Below the pieces are notes generated by a model, which saw nothing but the letters and a program-made list of their open reading frames with translations, did not search any database and was not told where the DNA came from. A stretch of DNA of 64,000 bases, taken from contig CAWJBB010000030.1 of the NCBI GenBank assembly GCA_963840855.1, positions 96,001 through 160,000 on the forward strand. The letters are read 5' to 3'. This document shows positions 52,956-62,363 of this stretch, in pieces. The first letter of the stretch is position 1; each line of letters opens with the position of its first letter. Origin of the DNA: an uncultured delta proteobacterium (GTDB lineage Bacteria; Desulfobacterota; Binatia; UBA9968). A program made the translations under genes and the position numbers.

Positions 52956-53855
52956 ATGTTCCTTATCAACACACGTAAACGGAATCCCAACAAGACCTTC
53001 GGACACGAAAAAATGCAAAAGGGAGACTATGCGGTGTACGAGATCCACAAGGCATCCGACGGGAGGGAGGCTCAACAGAAAACTTTAGAGGATATTCCAA
53101 CGAACAAGGATCTACTGCTCCTCATACACGGCTTCAACAACGACTTCGATGAGGTAACAGCTGCCTATCTTGGTTTCGACAGAAGAGTTCGTGCGATTGG
53201 ATTTAACGGGAACGTCATCGGATTCACGTGGCCGAGCTATGGTGAATGGTTTCAGTATTTCGGTGATGTAGAGCAGGTCGAGTACGCCTCTTTTGGTTTT
53301 CTAAATTTTCTCTTAGCTCTCCGCCCGCTGCTCGGCGATAAAAAATTTCACGTCAACACCCACAGTATGGGTGCCTATCTTCTAATTCGCGCCTTGGCTG
53401 CGTATTCGGTTATCCACGCAGTCGCGGAACCTCTGCCCGGGCGTTGTGTTATCGATGAGATGACTTTCTTCGCCGCGGATGTTACCAATGAAATTCTTGA
53501 GAGGGGAGAGGACGGAAATGTAGCGGTGGGTGAAGCGAGTCGATTGACGTCATATTTTTCCTATAAGGATCCAACCCTGAGTATTTCACAAGTCGTAAAT
53601 CATGACGGCCGTCTAGGATTAGCCGGAGCTGAAAGACCAAACCGTTTACCCAACAACGCATTTCAGATTGATTGCAGCACTCTCATTGAATCTCATTCGG
53701 CTTACCGAAGCACGCCTGACGTAATGGAGGATCTAGTGAACGTTCTTCGCGGCACTTCTTCGAATGAGATTAAAAAACGGCGAGCCACTGGAGACAAGAA
53801 TACATTTGCTATTGGGCCGGAAGAAGAAGAGGAGATCGATGAAAACGACGACTAA
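52956..53855 (+). CDS. DUF900-like alpha/beta hydrolase
   Basis: IHGFN, FTWPS, nucleophile elbow THSMG, AADV, D.TL..S, GRLG, HSAY. Confidence 0.8.
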   Translation: MFLINTRKRNPNKTFGHEKMQKGDYAVYEIHKASDGREAQQKTLEDIPTNKDLLLLIHGFNNDFDEVTAAYLGFDRRVRAIGFNGNVIGFTWPSYGEWFQYFGDVEQVEYASFGFLNFLLALRPLLGDKKFHVNTHSMGAYLLIRALAAYSVIHAVAEPLPGRCVIDEMTFFAADVTNEILERGEDGNVAVGEASRLTSYFSYKDPTLSISQVVNHDGRLGLAGAERPNRLPNNAFQIDCSTLIESHSAYRSTPDVMEDLVNVLRGTSSNEIKKRRATGDKNTFAIGPEEEEEIDENDD

Positions 53856-53953
53856 GACTCGACATGCAGCTTGGGCTCAAGACTATGCATCGCGATGTCG
53901 CATTTTAGATCGGAGCGCTGACTACCACGATCCCCGGCGTTTTTCCCGGTTGA

Positions 53954-54955
53954 TTATTGCCATGCTGCCATCACGCTAAGCAAATCGCAGACGCGATTGG
54001 AATATCCCCATTCGTTGTCGTACCAACTGAGGCACTTGAGATACCGGTTGCCGGTAACATTAGTGAATCCCGCGTCAAAAATGGAAGAATGCGAATTGCC
54101 GATAATGTCGGAGGATACTACGGGTAATTCCACAAATTGCATAATACCCTTCATGCGCGCGGACTCGGCAGCGGCGCGTATCTCAGAATGGACATTTTCG
54201 ACAGTAACGCCTTTTTCCAGTTCCACAAACAGGTCTACGACCGAACCATCGGGGACCGGTACACGCGCGGCGATTCCGTCTAGCCTGCCTTTTAACTCGG
54301 GCAAAACCATGCCGACCGCCTTGGCGGCACCGGTCGATGTCGGGATGATATTCTCCGCCGCAGCGCGGCTGCGCCGCCAGTCCGAGTGCGGCACATCGGC
54401 CAGGCGCTGGTCATTGGTATAGGCGTGCACCGTGTTGATGATGCCTTCCACGATACCAAAGGCATCATGGAGCACCTTCGCCAATGGCGCCAAACAATTG
54501 GTGGTGCAGCTCGCGTTTGAAATGATGCGGTGTTGCGGGTTCAGCCCTTCATCGTTGACGCCAAGCACGACCGTGTAGTCAATCTCGTCCTTCGCCGGAA
54601 CCGTAAGCACTACGCGCTTCGCACCGGCGCGAAGGTGATTGGTGAGCTGTTCCCTGGCGGTGAAAATACCTGTCGATTCCACGACGGCGTCGATGCCGAG
54701 CTCGCCCCACGGCAGCTGGAGCGGGTCCTTTTGACAAAGCATCCGGGTGCGGCCGTGCGAGGTCACGAGATCGTCCCCCTCGAGCTGCAAGGTGCCCTCG
54801 AAAGGACCCATGACGGTGTCATAATTCAGCAAATAGCGTAGCGCTTCGTTGTCGAAGAGGTCGTTAATGGCAACGACTTCAACGTCTCGACGTCTATCCA
54901 GAATGCGGAAGACGGTGCGGCCGATCCGGCCAAATCCGTTGATTGCAACTCTCAT
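53954..54955 (-). CDS. gap: Type I glyceraldehyde-3-phosphate dehydrogenase
   Basis: INGFGRIGR, SNASCTTNCL, TVHAYT, STGAAKA, WYDNEWGYSNR. Confidence 0.96.
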   Translation of the reverse strand: MRVAINGFGRIGRTVFRILDRRRDVEVVAINDLFDNEALRYLLNYDTVMGPFEGTLQLEGDDLVTSHGRTRMLCQKDPLQLPWGELGIDAVVESTGIFTAREQLTNHLRAGAKRVVLTVPAKDEIDYTVVLGVNDEGLNPQHRIISNASCTTNCLAPLAKVLHDAFGIVEGIINTVHAYTNDQRLADVPHSDWRRSRAAAENIIPTSTGAAKAVGMVLPELKGRLDGIAARVPVPDGSVVDLFVELEKGVTVENVHSEIRAAAESARMKGIMQFVELPVVSSDIIGNSHSSIFDAGFTNVTGNRYLKCLSWYDNEWGYSNRVCDLLSVMAAWQ

Positions 54956-55970
54956 TTCACACCTCCGATGGCGCCGAGCCTGCTGTAACGCCTTGCCACA
55001 TCGAGCACGCGGCACGCGTGACCCAGGCTTTCGTACCAGGCCAGCACTTTGACGATCCGTTTTCCTGCCTTGAGGGTCGCCCGGCAATCAAAGAGCAAGG
55101 ATTGCCGGCAACCGATGACATCAGAGGAAACCACCGGATCGTCGGTCACACCGATCAGCAGCGGATGATTTTTAGCGGCACTACACATGGCCTCGTTCAC
55201 TTGCTCGACAGTCACTCCGGAATCGCGCAACACGCAGTTCAGATCAAGCAAGGATCCCCGTTGCACCGGCACATTGAGGGCATAACCGCTCAATTTTCCC
55301 GCAAATTGTGGCAGGATGAGCTCCACCCAGCGAGCCGACTCGTTACTGTTGGGGATGATATTCTGCGCGGCGGATCGACTGCGACGAAAATCCTCATGTG
55401 CGTAATCCTGAAGAGACTGATCGCTGCTATAGGCGTGAACTGTCGTCATCGACGCGCAGTCGACTCCCAATGCCTTGTCCAGAGTCTGCAACAAGAGCGC
55501 AAGAGCATTGGTGGTTGCCGACCCTGCCGATATCAGTCTATCTTCGCTGACTGCACTCCCTTCACTGATACCTGGAATTACCACACGATCTATGGGGTCT
55601 GCCGGTAACGATGCCAGAATGACCCGGCCCGCACCGGTCCGCAAATGGGCTTCCAGATACTCACGGCGCCGATAGCGGCCTGTGGCGTCTATAACGCAGT
55701 CGACGCCAAAAACATCCCAGGGGACGTCCCCGGTCTGGCAAGCTGCAGCATTCTTGTCTGGAACTTCTCATTGATTAGGTAATTGTCCCGGAGTTCGCAC
55801 TGCGGCCCATCCAGAGCGTCGCTTTTGAGCAGGTAGTGGATGATTTCCGGTTTGCCGATATCCGCAACCGCGGGGATTTCGATATCGTCATTTTCAAGCG
55901 CAAGGTGATAGATGTGCCGACCAATTTGGCCCAGCCCCATAATCCCGATTCGGATTTTGCCATCACGCAT
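54952..55970 (-). CDS. GAPDH-like paralog lacking the catalytic Cys (one frameshift at about 55730)
   Basis: GLGQIGR, GDVPW...GVD.VIDATG, SAGSATTNAL (Cys to Ala), TTVHAYS, RRSRSAAQNIIP, WYES. Confidence 0.82.
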
Positions 55971-56238
55971 GATTGCACTCCGTCCATCTCAAAGATTAAC
56001 AGCCAATTCTTCTGTTGTTTATGCTACATCCACGCGTCTGAAATAGCCATGCGCTACAAGAAGGGGCCAGAATCCTTTCACATTGGACAAAGCCCGCCCA
56101 GCAAATCTTCGGAATGCCGTTTTTTTTATCCTTGACGCGCGCTTTCCGTTTACCCTATTTTACGCGCAGCTAGTGGCCAATCCGGCGGCGCGAAAAATCA
56201 ATAGTGTCAATTGGACACAAGGATGAAAGGAGCTTGCT

Positions 56239-57261
56239 ATGCGTAAAAAGGATTCAGTGACGGAAGACCGACTGACAAGACGAACCGTGCTCAAGGCCGC
56301 CTGCACAGTGGGAGCGACGATCGTCGCAGGCTCTGCGCTAGCGCAGCAGCCTACGCAGCAAACGCCGCGCGTGAAGGGTCCGCACGTCTGGCTCGACATG
56401 GACCAGAAAGAGATCGACGACGCGTACGACCAGAGCGTCTGGGCGCCAAACCAGGCGCACCTCAGCAAGCGGCGCGCGGCATGGAGCGATTCGGTATACG
56501 CTCGTCTCAAACCCGAACGCGCCGCCTATGGTCCGACGGAAATCGAAAAGGTCGATATTTACAAAACCAAGCAGCGGAACGCTCCCATCCAGGTTTTCCT
56601 GCATGGCGGCGCGTGGCGCAGCGGCTCGGCCAAGAACTCCGCGTATCCGGCCGAGATGTTCGTGACAGCCGGCGCGCATTATGTCGCGGTCGATTTCGTC
56701 GACGTGGGAAAGGCAGACGGCAACCTCATGACGATGGCCGACCAGGTGCGGCGCGCGGTGGCTTGGGTTTATAAGAACGCCGCAAGCTTCGGCGGGGATC
56801 CAAGCCGCCTCTACGTCTCGGGACATTCTTCCGGCGGCCACCTGGCCGGCGTGGTTATGGTGACAGACTGGAAAAAAGATTTCGGATTGCCGCCCGACAT
56901 CGTAAAAGGCGGTCTATTGATGAGCGGCATGTATGATCTCAAACCCGTCAGGCTTTCGAAGCGCAGCGAGTATGTCAAGTTCACCGACGAGATGGAGCAG
57001 GCGTTAAGCACGCAACGGCATCTCGATAAACTTAACGCGCCCATTATCGTAAGTCACGGAACGCTGGAGTCGCCGGAATTCCAGCGCCAGGCGCGCGACT
57101 TCGTCGCGGCAGTCAAAGCCGCGGGCAAGCCGGTGCAGCTAATAGTCGGCGAGGGATACAATCATTTTGAAATGCCGGAGACCTTCGGTAACCCTTATGG
57201 TCTTATGGGGCGTGCCGCGCTCCAGCAGATGAAGCTCGCGCCGGCGCAGCCGCAATCATAG
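56239..57261 (+). CDS. Tat-exported alpha/beta hydrolase (arylformamidase-like, HSL family)
   Basis: TRRTVLK twin-arginine signal, HGGAW, GHSSGG, ESPEF, NHFE. Confidence 0.88.
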   Translation: MRKKDSVTEDRLTRRTVLKAACTVGATIVAGSALAQQPTQQTPRVKGPHVWLDMDQKEIDDAYDQSVWAPNQAHLSKRRAAWSDSVYARLKPERAAYGPTEIEKVDIYKTKQRNAPIQVFLHGGAWRSGSAKNSAYPAEMFVTAGAHYVAVDFVDVGKADGNLMTMADQVRRAVAWVYKNAASFGGDPSRLYVSGHSSGGHLAGVVMVTDWKKDFGLPPDIVKGGLLMSGMYDLKPVRLSKRSEYVKFTDEMEQALSTQRHLDKLNAPIIVSHGTLESPEFQRQARDFVAAVKAAGKPVQLIVGEGYNHFEMPETFGNPYGLMGRAALQQMKLAPAQPQS

Positions 57262-57279
57262 CGGGCCGCTGCGCTTGCG

Positions 57280-57316
57280 AGGTTTCGGGTTTCGAGTTGA
57301 ACGAAACCCGAAACCT
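57280..57316. repeat. Perfect hairpin of inverted 7-nt repeats (GTTTCG type)
   Basis: AGGTTTCGGGTTTCG-AGTTGAA-CGAAACCCGAAACCT. Confidence 0.7.
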
Positions 57317-57472
57317 GTTCGTGCGCTATATCGAGAAATCCGAGAACCTGAGTATCCTCACCTCGACCCTGTCGCGCGCCAGCGAGCCGCGCGCCAAGTA
57401 AGAATATTTGACCCAGAAACTTTGTTCGTGTTATTTTTGCGGTTCTTTTCACACCTGCATTAGGAGCTCCAT

Positions 57473-59164
57473 ATGGCGAAGGCGGAAGTCATCATTTCAA
57501 CTCCCACGGCCGACGCTCTGTTTGTGAACGGCAAAGTGGCCACCGTCAACTCTCGCGATGAAATAGCCGAGGCGTTATCAATTCGGGGCAAGCGCATTTT
57601 ACGCGTAGGGAATCGTCCCTATGTCGAACAGACCGTAGGACCGAACACCAAAGTAGTCGACTTGAAGGGCCGCACGCTTGTTCCAGGATTCATTGAAAAT
57701 CACATCCATATGACGAACTCCCCGCAGCGCCGCTGGGTTGATTGCAGCTACGCTGCTTGTCCTTCGATCTCCGACATCGCGGAAAAAATTGCCGCGCGAA
57801 CTCGCGTTGCAGAGCCGGGCGACTGGATACTCGGCAGAGGTTTTCAGTCGGCCCGTCTAAAGGATGGCCGAAATCCCAATCGTTTCGATCTTGATCCGAT
57901 CTCGCCGAACAACCCCGTCGGTATCGCCAATCGCGAAGGGATGGGCTGGACTTTCAACACTCGCGGCCTGCGACGCATAGGCGTAGAGGACGACACGCCG
58001 GATCCACCCGGCGGCCCCATGGAGCGCGACCTTCGCGGCCGGCCGCTTGGGCCGATGTGGGACAACACCCGCGAAGTATTCATAAGACCCAACTTGCCAA
58101 AATATAGCCTCAACGATCTGCTCGAAGGATACCGCTGGATCGCCGGGGAGCTGAATCGTTGCGGCATCACCACGGCATTTGAGGCGGCGATTCGAAATCT
58201 GGCGGAGACCGCTGCCTGGCAACGGCTTCGGCTGGAGAAACCGCTGTCGTTGCGGGTCGTGATGGGACCTTATCCCGTGTACGGAGAAAAGTGGGAAGCC
58301 AACAGTACGGCCGGAAAGATCTTTGACACAGGATTGGCAACCAGCTTCGGTGACAGCTGGCTGAAGCTGGGAGCCGTCCAAATTGGCATCGACGGAGGTG
58401 TTATCGGCCAAACGGCGGCGCTGCGCGAACCGTACAGCAACGATCCAAGCGGCACATGGCGCGGCAGCTTCCGGCTAAGCCAGGAGACGGCCAATGAATT
58501 CATGATTAAAGTTCAATCAAACGATTGGCAAGCCGGGCTCATATGTCATGGCGACCACGGAATCATGCGCGGCCTTGAGGCGATCGCCCACGCGCGCAAG
58601 CAGGTAAACAATCGCGATCTGCGCCATCGGCTCGAGCACGCTTATCTATGGAATGCCGAAACTATGGATCGAATGGCCGAGCTAGGAGTGATCTGGAACA
58701 CCCAACCGCCATTGCTTGAAATTGTCGGGCGGGATGGGGTGTATGCCCAGTGGGGAGAGCGCGCGCGCTTCGCCTTCCCGTTCAAGTCTCTGGCCGCACG
58801 AGGCGTCATCATCAGCGGCGGATCGGATTGGCCGGTGGGTCTCTACAATCCTCTGATCGGAATAGATATTCTCGTTAACCACCGTTTCGGCCCGGAAGAA
58901 AACGGCGAGGTGCTCAATTCGAATGAAGGCCTCAGCGTTCTTCAAGCGCTCCGCGTTTACACCTACAATGGCGCCTATACAGCTTTTGAGGAACACGAGA
59001 AGGGATCGCTTGAAGAGGGGAAATTGGCGGACATAGCGGTGCTCTCGGACGACCTGCTCACCTTGCCGCCGAGCCAAATTCGCGAGCTGAAGGTCGACCA
59101 GACATATGTTGATGGTCGTTTGGTCTATGACCGATCGACCACTGCAGTGCCGCCGGCTGTATAG
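57473..59164 (+). CDS. Amidohydrolase 3 (YtcJ-like) with non-canonical metal ligands
   Basis: DLKGRTLVPGFIENHIH, RLEHA, GSDWP, A.TAFEE..KGSLE.GKLAD..VL. Confidence 0.88.
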   Translation: MAKAEVIISTPTADALFVNGKVATVNSRDEIAEALSIRGKRILRVGNRPYVEQTVGPNTKVVDLKGRTLVPGFIENHIHMTNSPQRRWVDCSYAACPSISDIAEKIAARTRVAEPGDWILGRGFQSARLKDGRNPNRFDLDPISPNNPVGIANREGMGWTFNTRGLRRIGVEDDTPDPPGGPMERDLRGRPLGPMWDNTREVFIRPNLPKYSLNDLLEGYRWIAGELNRCGITTAFEAAIRNLAETAAWQRLRLEKPLSLRVVMGPYPVYGEKWEANSTAGKIFDTGLATSFGDSWLKLGAVQIGIDGGVIGQTAALREPYSNDPSGTWRGSFRLSQETANEFMIKVQSNDWQAGLICHGDHGIMRGLEAIAHARKQVNNRDLRHRLEHAYLWNAETMDRMAELGVIWNTQPPLLEIVGRDGVYAQWGERARFAFPFKSLAARGVIISGGSDWPVGLYNPLIGIDILVNHRFGPEENGEVLNSNEGLSVLQALRVYTYNGAYTAFEEHEKGSLEEGKLADIAVLSDDLLTLPPSQIRELKVDQTYVDGRLVYDRSTTAVPPAV

Positions 59165-59223
59165 GGATGGAAACTAGTGTGGTGAGCCAGAAATTTTGCA
59201 ACAAAAAAGTCAAGCCCTCAGGT

Positions 59224-59316
59224 GTCATTGCCGCGAAAGCGGCAATCCAGACTCCTTTGAATTTCCTGGATTCCGGGTCGCGCTAGCTTAGCTATCGCCA
59301 GCTTGCCCGGAATGAC
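59224..59316. repeat. REP/RPE-like palindromic element (GTCATT..GCGAAAGC..ATCCAG / CTGGAT..AATGAC)
   Basis: GTCATTGCCGCGAAAGCGGCAATCCAG ... CTGGATTCCGGG ... CCCGGAATGAC nested inverted repeats. Confidence 0.75.
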
Positions 59317-59325
59317 GTTTGAACT

Positions 59326-60411
59326 TTGTTTGCAAATTTCAGAGTCATAACACTAGACCGCAATAGGCTATGGAGGGTTTTGGCCGTGCAACTATTTCTT
59401 AACAGTCTAACGTTTGCGTGTTTCGTCCTGCTCTTCCTGGTCCAAAGCGCAACGACTTGGGCGCAGTCTGACCCGACAAAGCGCCTCATTGAAGGAGCCA
59501 AGAAAGAGGGAAAGCTCGTCTGGTATACTGCCTTGTCAATCCAAGATGCCGAGTTGCTCACTAAACGCTTCGAGCAGCTCTATCCATTCGTTAAAACCGA
59601 AACGCTGAGATTGGTGACGGATTCTCTACTGACGAAAATTCTGACCGAGGCGAGGGCCGGCGCCTTCAACGCCGATGTCATTGAGATACCGGGCATTGCC
59701 GGAAACATCGTAAAAAAAGAAGGCCTGTTTGAAAAATACCTTTCACCGGAAGCCAAGGCTTATCCCGCGTCGATGAAAGATCCGGACGGGACCTGGACGA
59801 GCTTTTTTGTCCACACGCTGGTTCTCGTTTACAACACTCAGCTCATCAAAAAAGAGGAGCTGCCGCGCAGCTATGAGCAGCTCATCAACTCTAAATGGAA
59901 AGGGAAGATTGTCCTGCGGGACGAAGATTTCGAAACCTTCGGCATGATGCTCAAGGTGATGGGTCGAGAGAAGGGATTGAATTTTATGCGCCTCTTGTCG
60001 GCACAAGGAGTGGAGCTCCGAAACAGTTTCACTCTGGCGGTGGGGGCAGTTGCGTCGGGCGAGGTGCCGTTAGGCATGAATCTTTACGGAACCCATACCG
60101 AGGAGTTCAAGAAAAGAGGTGCTCCGGTCGATTGGGTGCCGATGGAATTTGTCCTCACCACAGTAGAACCGCTAGCAGTGGCGGCGCGGGCGCCCCACCC
60201 CAGCGCCGCCCGTCTGTTCGTCGATTTTCTCCTGTCCAAGGAAGCCCAGACGCTGATGCGCGAACGCAGCCGGATTCCATCGCGCCCGGATGTGCCGCCG
60301 GACCCACCGGAGCTCACGCGCGGGCTGAAGTTGATTCCGACTGACCTTTCTCTCGCCGATCAATCAAACCAGCTTGCCAAGGAATTTCGCCAGCTATTCA
60401 AAGGTCAATAA
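59326..60411 (+). CDS. ABC transporter extracellular solute-binding protein (Fe3+/thiamine/polyamine class); start uncertain
   Basis: AKKEGKLVWYT, YNT, KWKGK, SGE, APHP.AARLFVDFLLS.EAQ. No permease gene nearby. Confidence 0.88.
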   Translation: MFANFRVITLDRNRLWRVLAVQLFLNSLTFACFVLLFLVQSATTWAQSDPTKRLIEGAKKEGKLVWYTALSIQDAELLTKRFEQLYPFVKTETLRLVTDSLLTKILTEARAGAFNADVIEIPGIAGNIVKKEGLFEKYLSPEAKAYPASMKDPDGTWTSFFVHTLVLVYNTQLIKKEELPRSYEQLINSKWKGKIVLRDEDFETFGMMLKVMGREKGLNFMRLLSAQGVELRNSFTLAVGAVASGEVPLGMNLYGTHTEEFKKRGAPVDWVPMEFVLTTVEPLAVAARAPHPSAARLFVDFLLSKEAQTLMRERSRIPSRPDVPPDPPELTRGLKLIPTDLSLADQSNQLAKEFRQLFKGQ

Positions 60412-60523
60412 ACGGTTCACTCCGTGTCGAGCGTTGATCGCTATGGAGCAAGGATTGACGCCCGCCGGGAGCAAAGCGACGCCATAATGAGCGGGTCATT
60501 AAATTTATTCTTGGAGGATTGCT

Positions 60524-62350
60524 ATGGAGCACCAAGAACCGCAAGCGGGTAAAGATAATGTGCCAGTAAACTTTGGTGCGAAGTTGCGCCGCTGGTTCGG
60601 CTTTATATGGAAAGCATTGTCATTGCTCTTGGTGGTTGTCGTCATCATAGCAGCGCTCTATGCCGCGATTCGCTTTCTTCCCGACCGGGCGGTGACCTAC
60701 GATACGATGGTCGATCATTTCAAATATGGCTCCACCGGCGGCGATCGTGTCACCGGAATTCCGTTCTGGATCTGGCAGGCAATGCCGCTGGTTTGCGCCG
60801 CGGATTTAAAACAAGTGGCGGGAGACCGGCTGGCCGACGACTATGGCAAGCGCGTCGCAAGGTACGAAAGGGGCGAGAGCGCCCCGGCAAATCGCCGTGA
60901 ACTCTCGCGCGAGGGCTACAAAGCCCTCGGTTTCATCTACGAGCAGAACCCCAACGGGCAGGAGCGGGATCTCCCCATCGGGGTCTCGCAGCGCCGTAGC
61001 CTGGGTATGGACCGTTCGTATATCAACTGCGCGATCTGTCATACGAGCAAGGTGCGCAAGGATGCCAAAGACCCCGGCACCATCGTCGTGGGCATGCCGG
61101 CCAATCTTTTTAGCCTCTATGATTACGAGCATTTTATATTCCAGTGCGGCAAAAACAGACGATTTGGCGCGCTCGAAATTATCCCCGAGATCCAGAGCCT
61201 CGGCGGCAACCTCGGGCTCATCGACCGTTACCTGGTTTATCCCATTGCCATCGAGGCGGTGGAATTTGCGATTCGGTTTCTCGAATACGTGGCGGGCTTT
61301 TCCGTCCGTCAACCTGACTGGGGTCCCGGCCGCAACGACACCTTCACGAACAACAAGATCTTTTTATATGGCGAGCCCTGGCGCGACACCATGCCCGATT
61401 GGTGGAAAACCAGAAAGGTCGATCCAGAAGGCATCGGCATCGTCGATTGGCCGTCCATCTGGCTGCAAGGGCCGCGCAAGAAACGCTCAGACGGCAGGCC
61501 GATGCAACTGCACTGGGACGGCAACAACGACATGGTGGAGGAGCGCAACTTGAATGCCGCGCTGGCGACTTCGGCGCTGCCGGGTTACATCGACCACGAA
61601 GCCATCGAATGCATCGAGCAGTGGCTCGAGACCTTCGAGCCGCCGAAATACGAAAAATTTTTCCCCATCGATCAAGCGCTGGCGAAAAAGGGCGAGCCGA
61701 TCTACGCGAAATATTGCGCCGAGTGCCATGGGCGTGATGGCCGGAATTTCGAGGGTAAGTATGTCGGATTCGTCACCCATATCGACGAAATCGGCACCGA
61801 TCGGCACCGCTTGGACAATTACACCGAGACTCTCGCGCTGAACATGGCGACGACCTACGCCGAGCAAAAACGGAACTTGCGGTCCCATGCTTGTCCCGGC
61901 GGGACCACCTACCAACCGCCGGATCGGTCGGTGGTGGCCGAACCGGGCCCGGGAGGTAAGCGTTTGGCGGCGGTGGAAAAGGAAGAAGGTTCCTACCGCT
62001 ACAAGCATTATCGCAAGACCCACGGCTATGCGAATATGCCGCTTGACGGCGTTTGGCTGCGCGCGCCGTATCTGCACAACGGCTCGGTGCCGACCCTGCG
62101 AGATCTGCTGGAGCAGAGCGGCCCGAGCGGCAAGCGCCCACCCACGTTCTATCGCGGCAACGATCTCTACGACCCAAAAAATGTTGGTTTCGTTTCTAAA
62201 GAGCCGAAAGACGCCAACGGCAAGACATATTTCTTGTACGACACCAAGATTCCGGGCAACGGCAACAAAGGTCACGAGGGCCGCAGATACGGCACCGAAT
62301 TGCCACCGGAACAGAAAGAGGCGTTGATCGAGTACTTGAAAACGTTTTAA
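60524..62350 (+). CDS. Membrane-anchored di-heme c cytochrome (RoxA/bCcP-MauG superfamily-like)
   Basis: N-terminal TM, FKYGS, CAICH and CAECH, PL.GVW..APYLHNGSVPTL, GN.N.GH. Confidence 0.82.
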   Translation: MEHQEPQAGKDNVPVNFGAKLRRWFGFIWKALSLLLVVVVIIAALYAAIRFLPDRAVTYDTMVDHFKYGSTGGDRVTGIPFWIWQAMPLVCAADLKQVAGDRLADDYGKRVARYERGESAPANRRELSREGYKALGFIYEQNPNGQERDLPIGVSQRRSLGMDRSYINCAICHTSKVRKDAKDPGTIVVGMPANLFSLYDYEHFIFQCGKNRRFGALEIIPEIQSLGGNLGLIDRYLVYPIAIEAVEFAIRFLEYVAGFSVRQPDWGPGRNDTFTNNKIFLYGEPWRDTMPDWWKTRKVDPEGIGIVDWPSIWLQGPRKKRSDGRPMQLHWDGNNDMVEERNLNAALATSALPGYIDHEAIECIEQWLETFEPPKYEKFFPIDQALAKKGEPIYAKYCAECHGRDGRNFEGKYVGFVTHIDEIGTDRHRLDNYTETLALNMATTYAEQKRNLRSHACPGGTTYQPPDRSVVAEPGPGGKRLAAVEKEEGSYRYKHYRKTHGYANMPLDGVWLRAPYLHNGSVPTLRDLLEQSGPSGKRPPTFYRGNDLYDPKNVGFVSKEPKDANGKTYFLYDTKIPGNGNKGHEGRRYGTELPPEQKEALIEYLKTF

Positions 62351-62363
62351 CGGGAGAGAGTGG

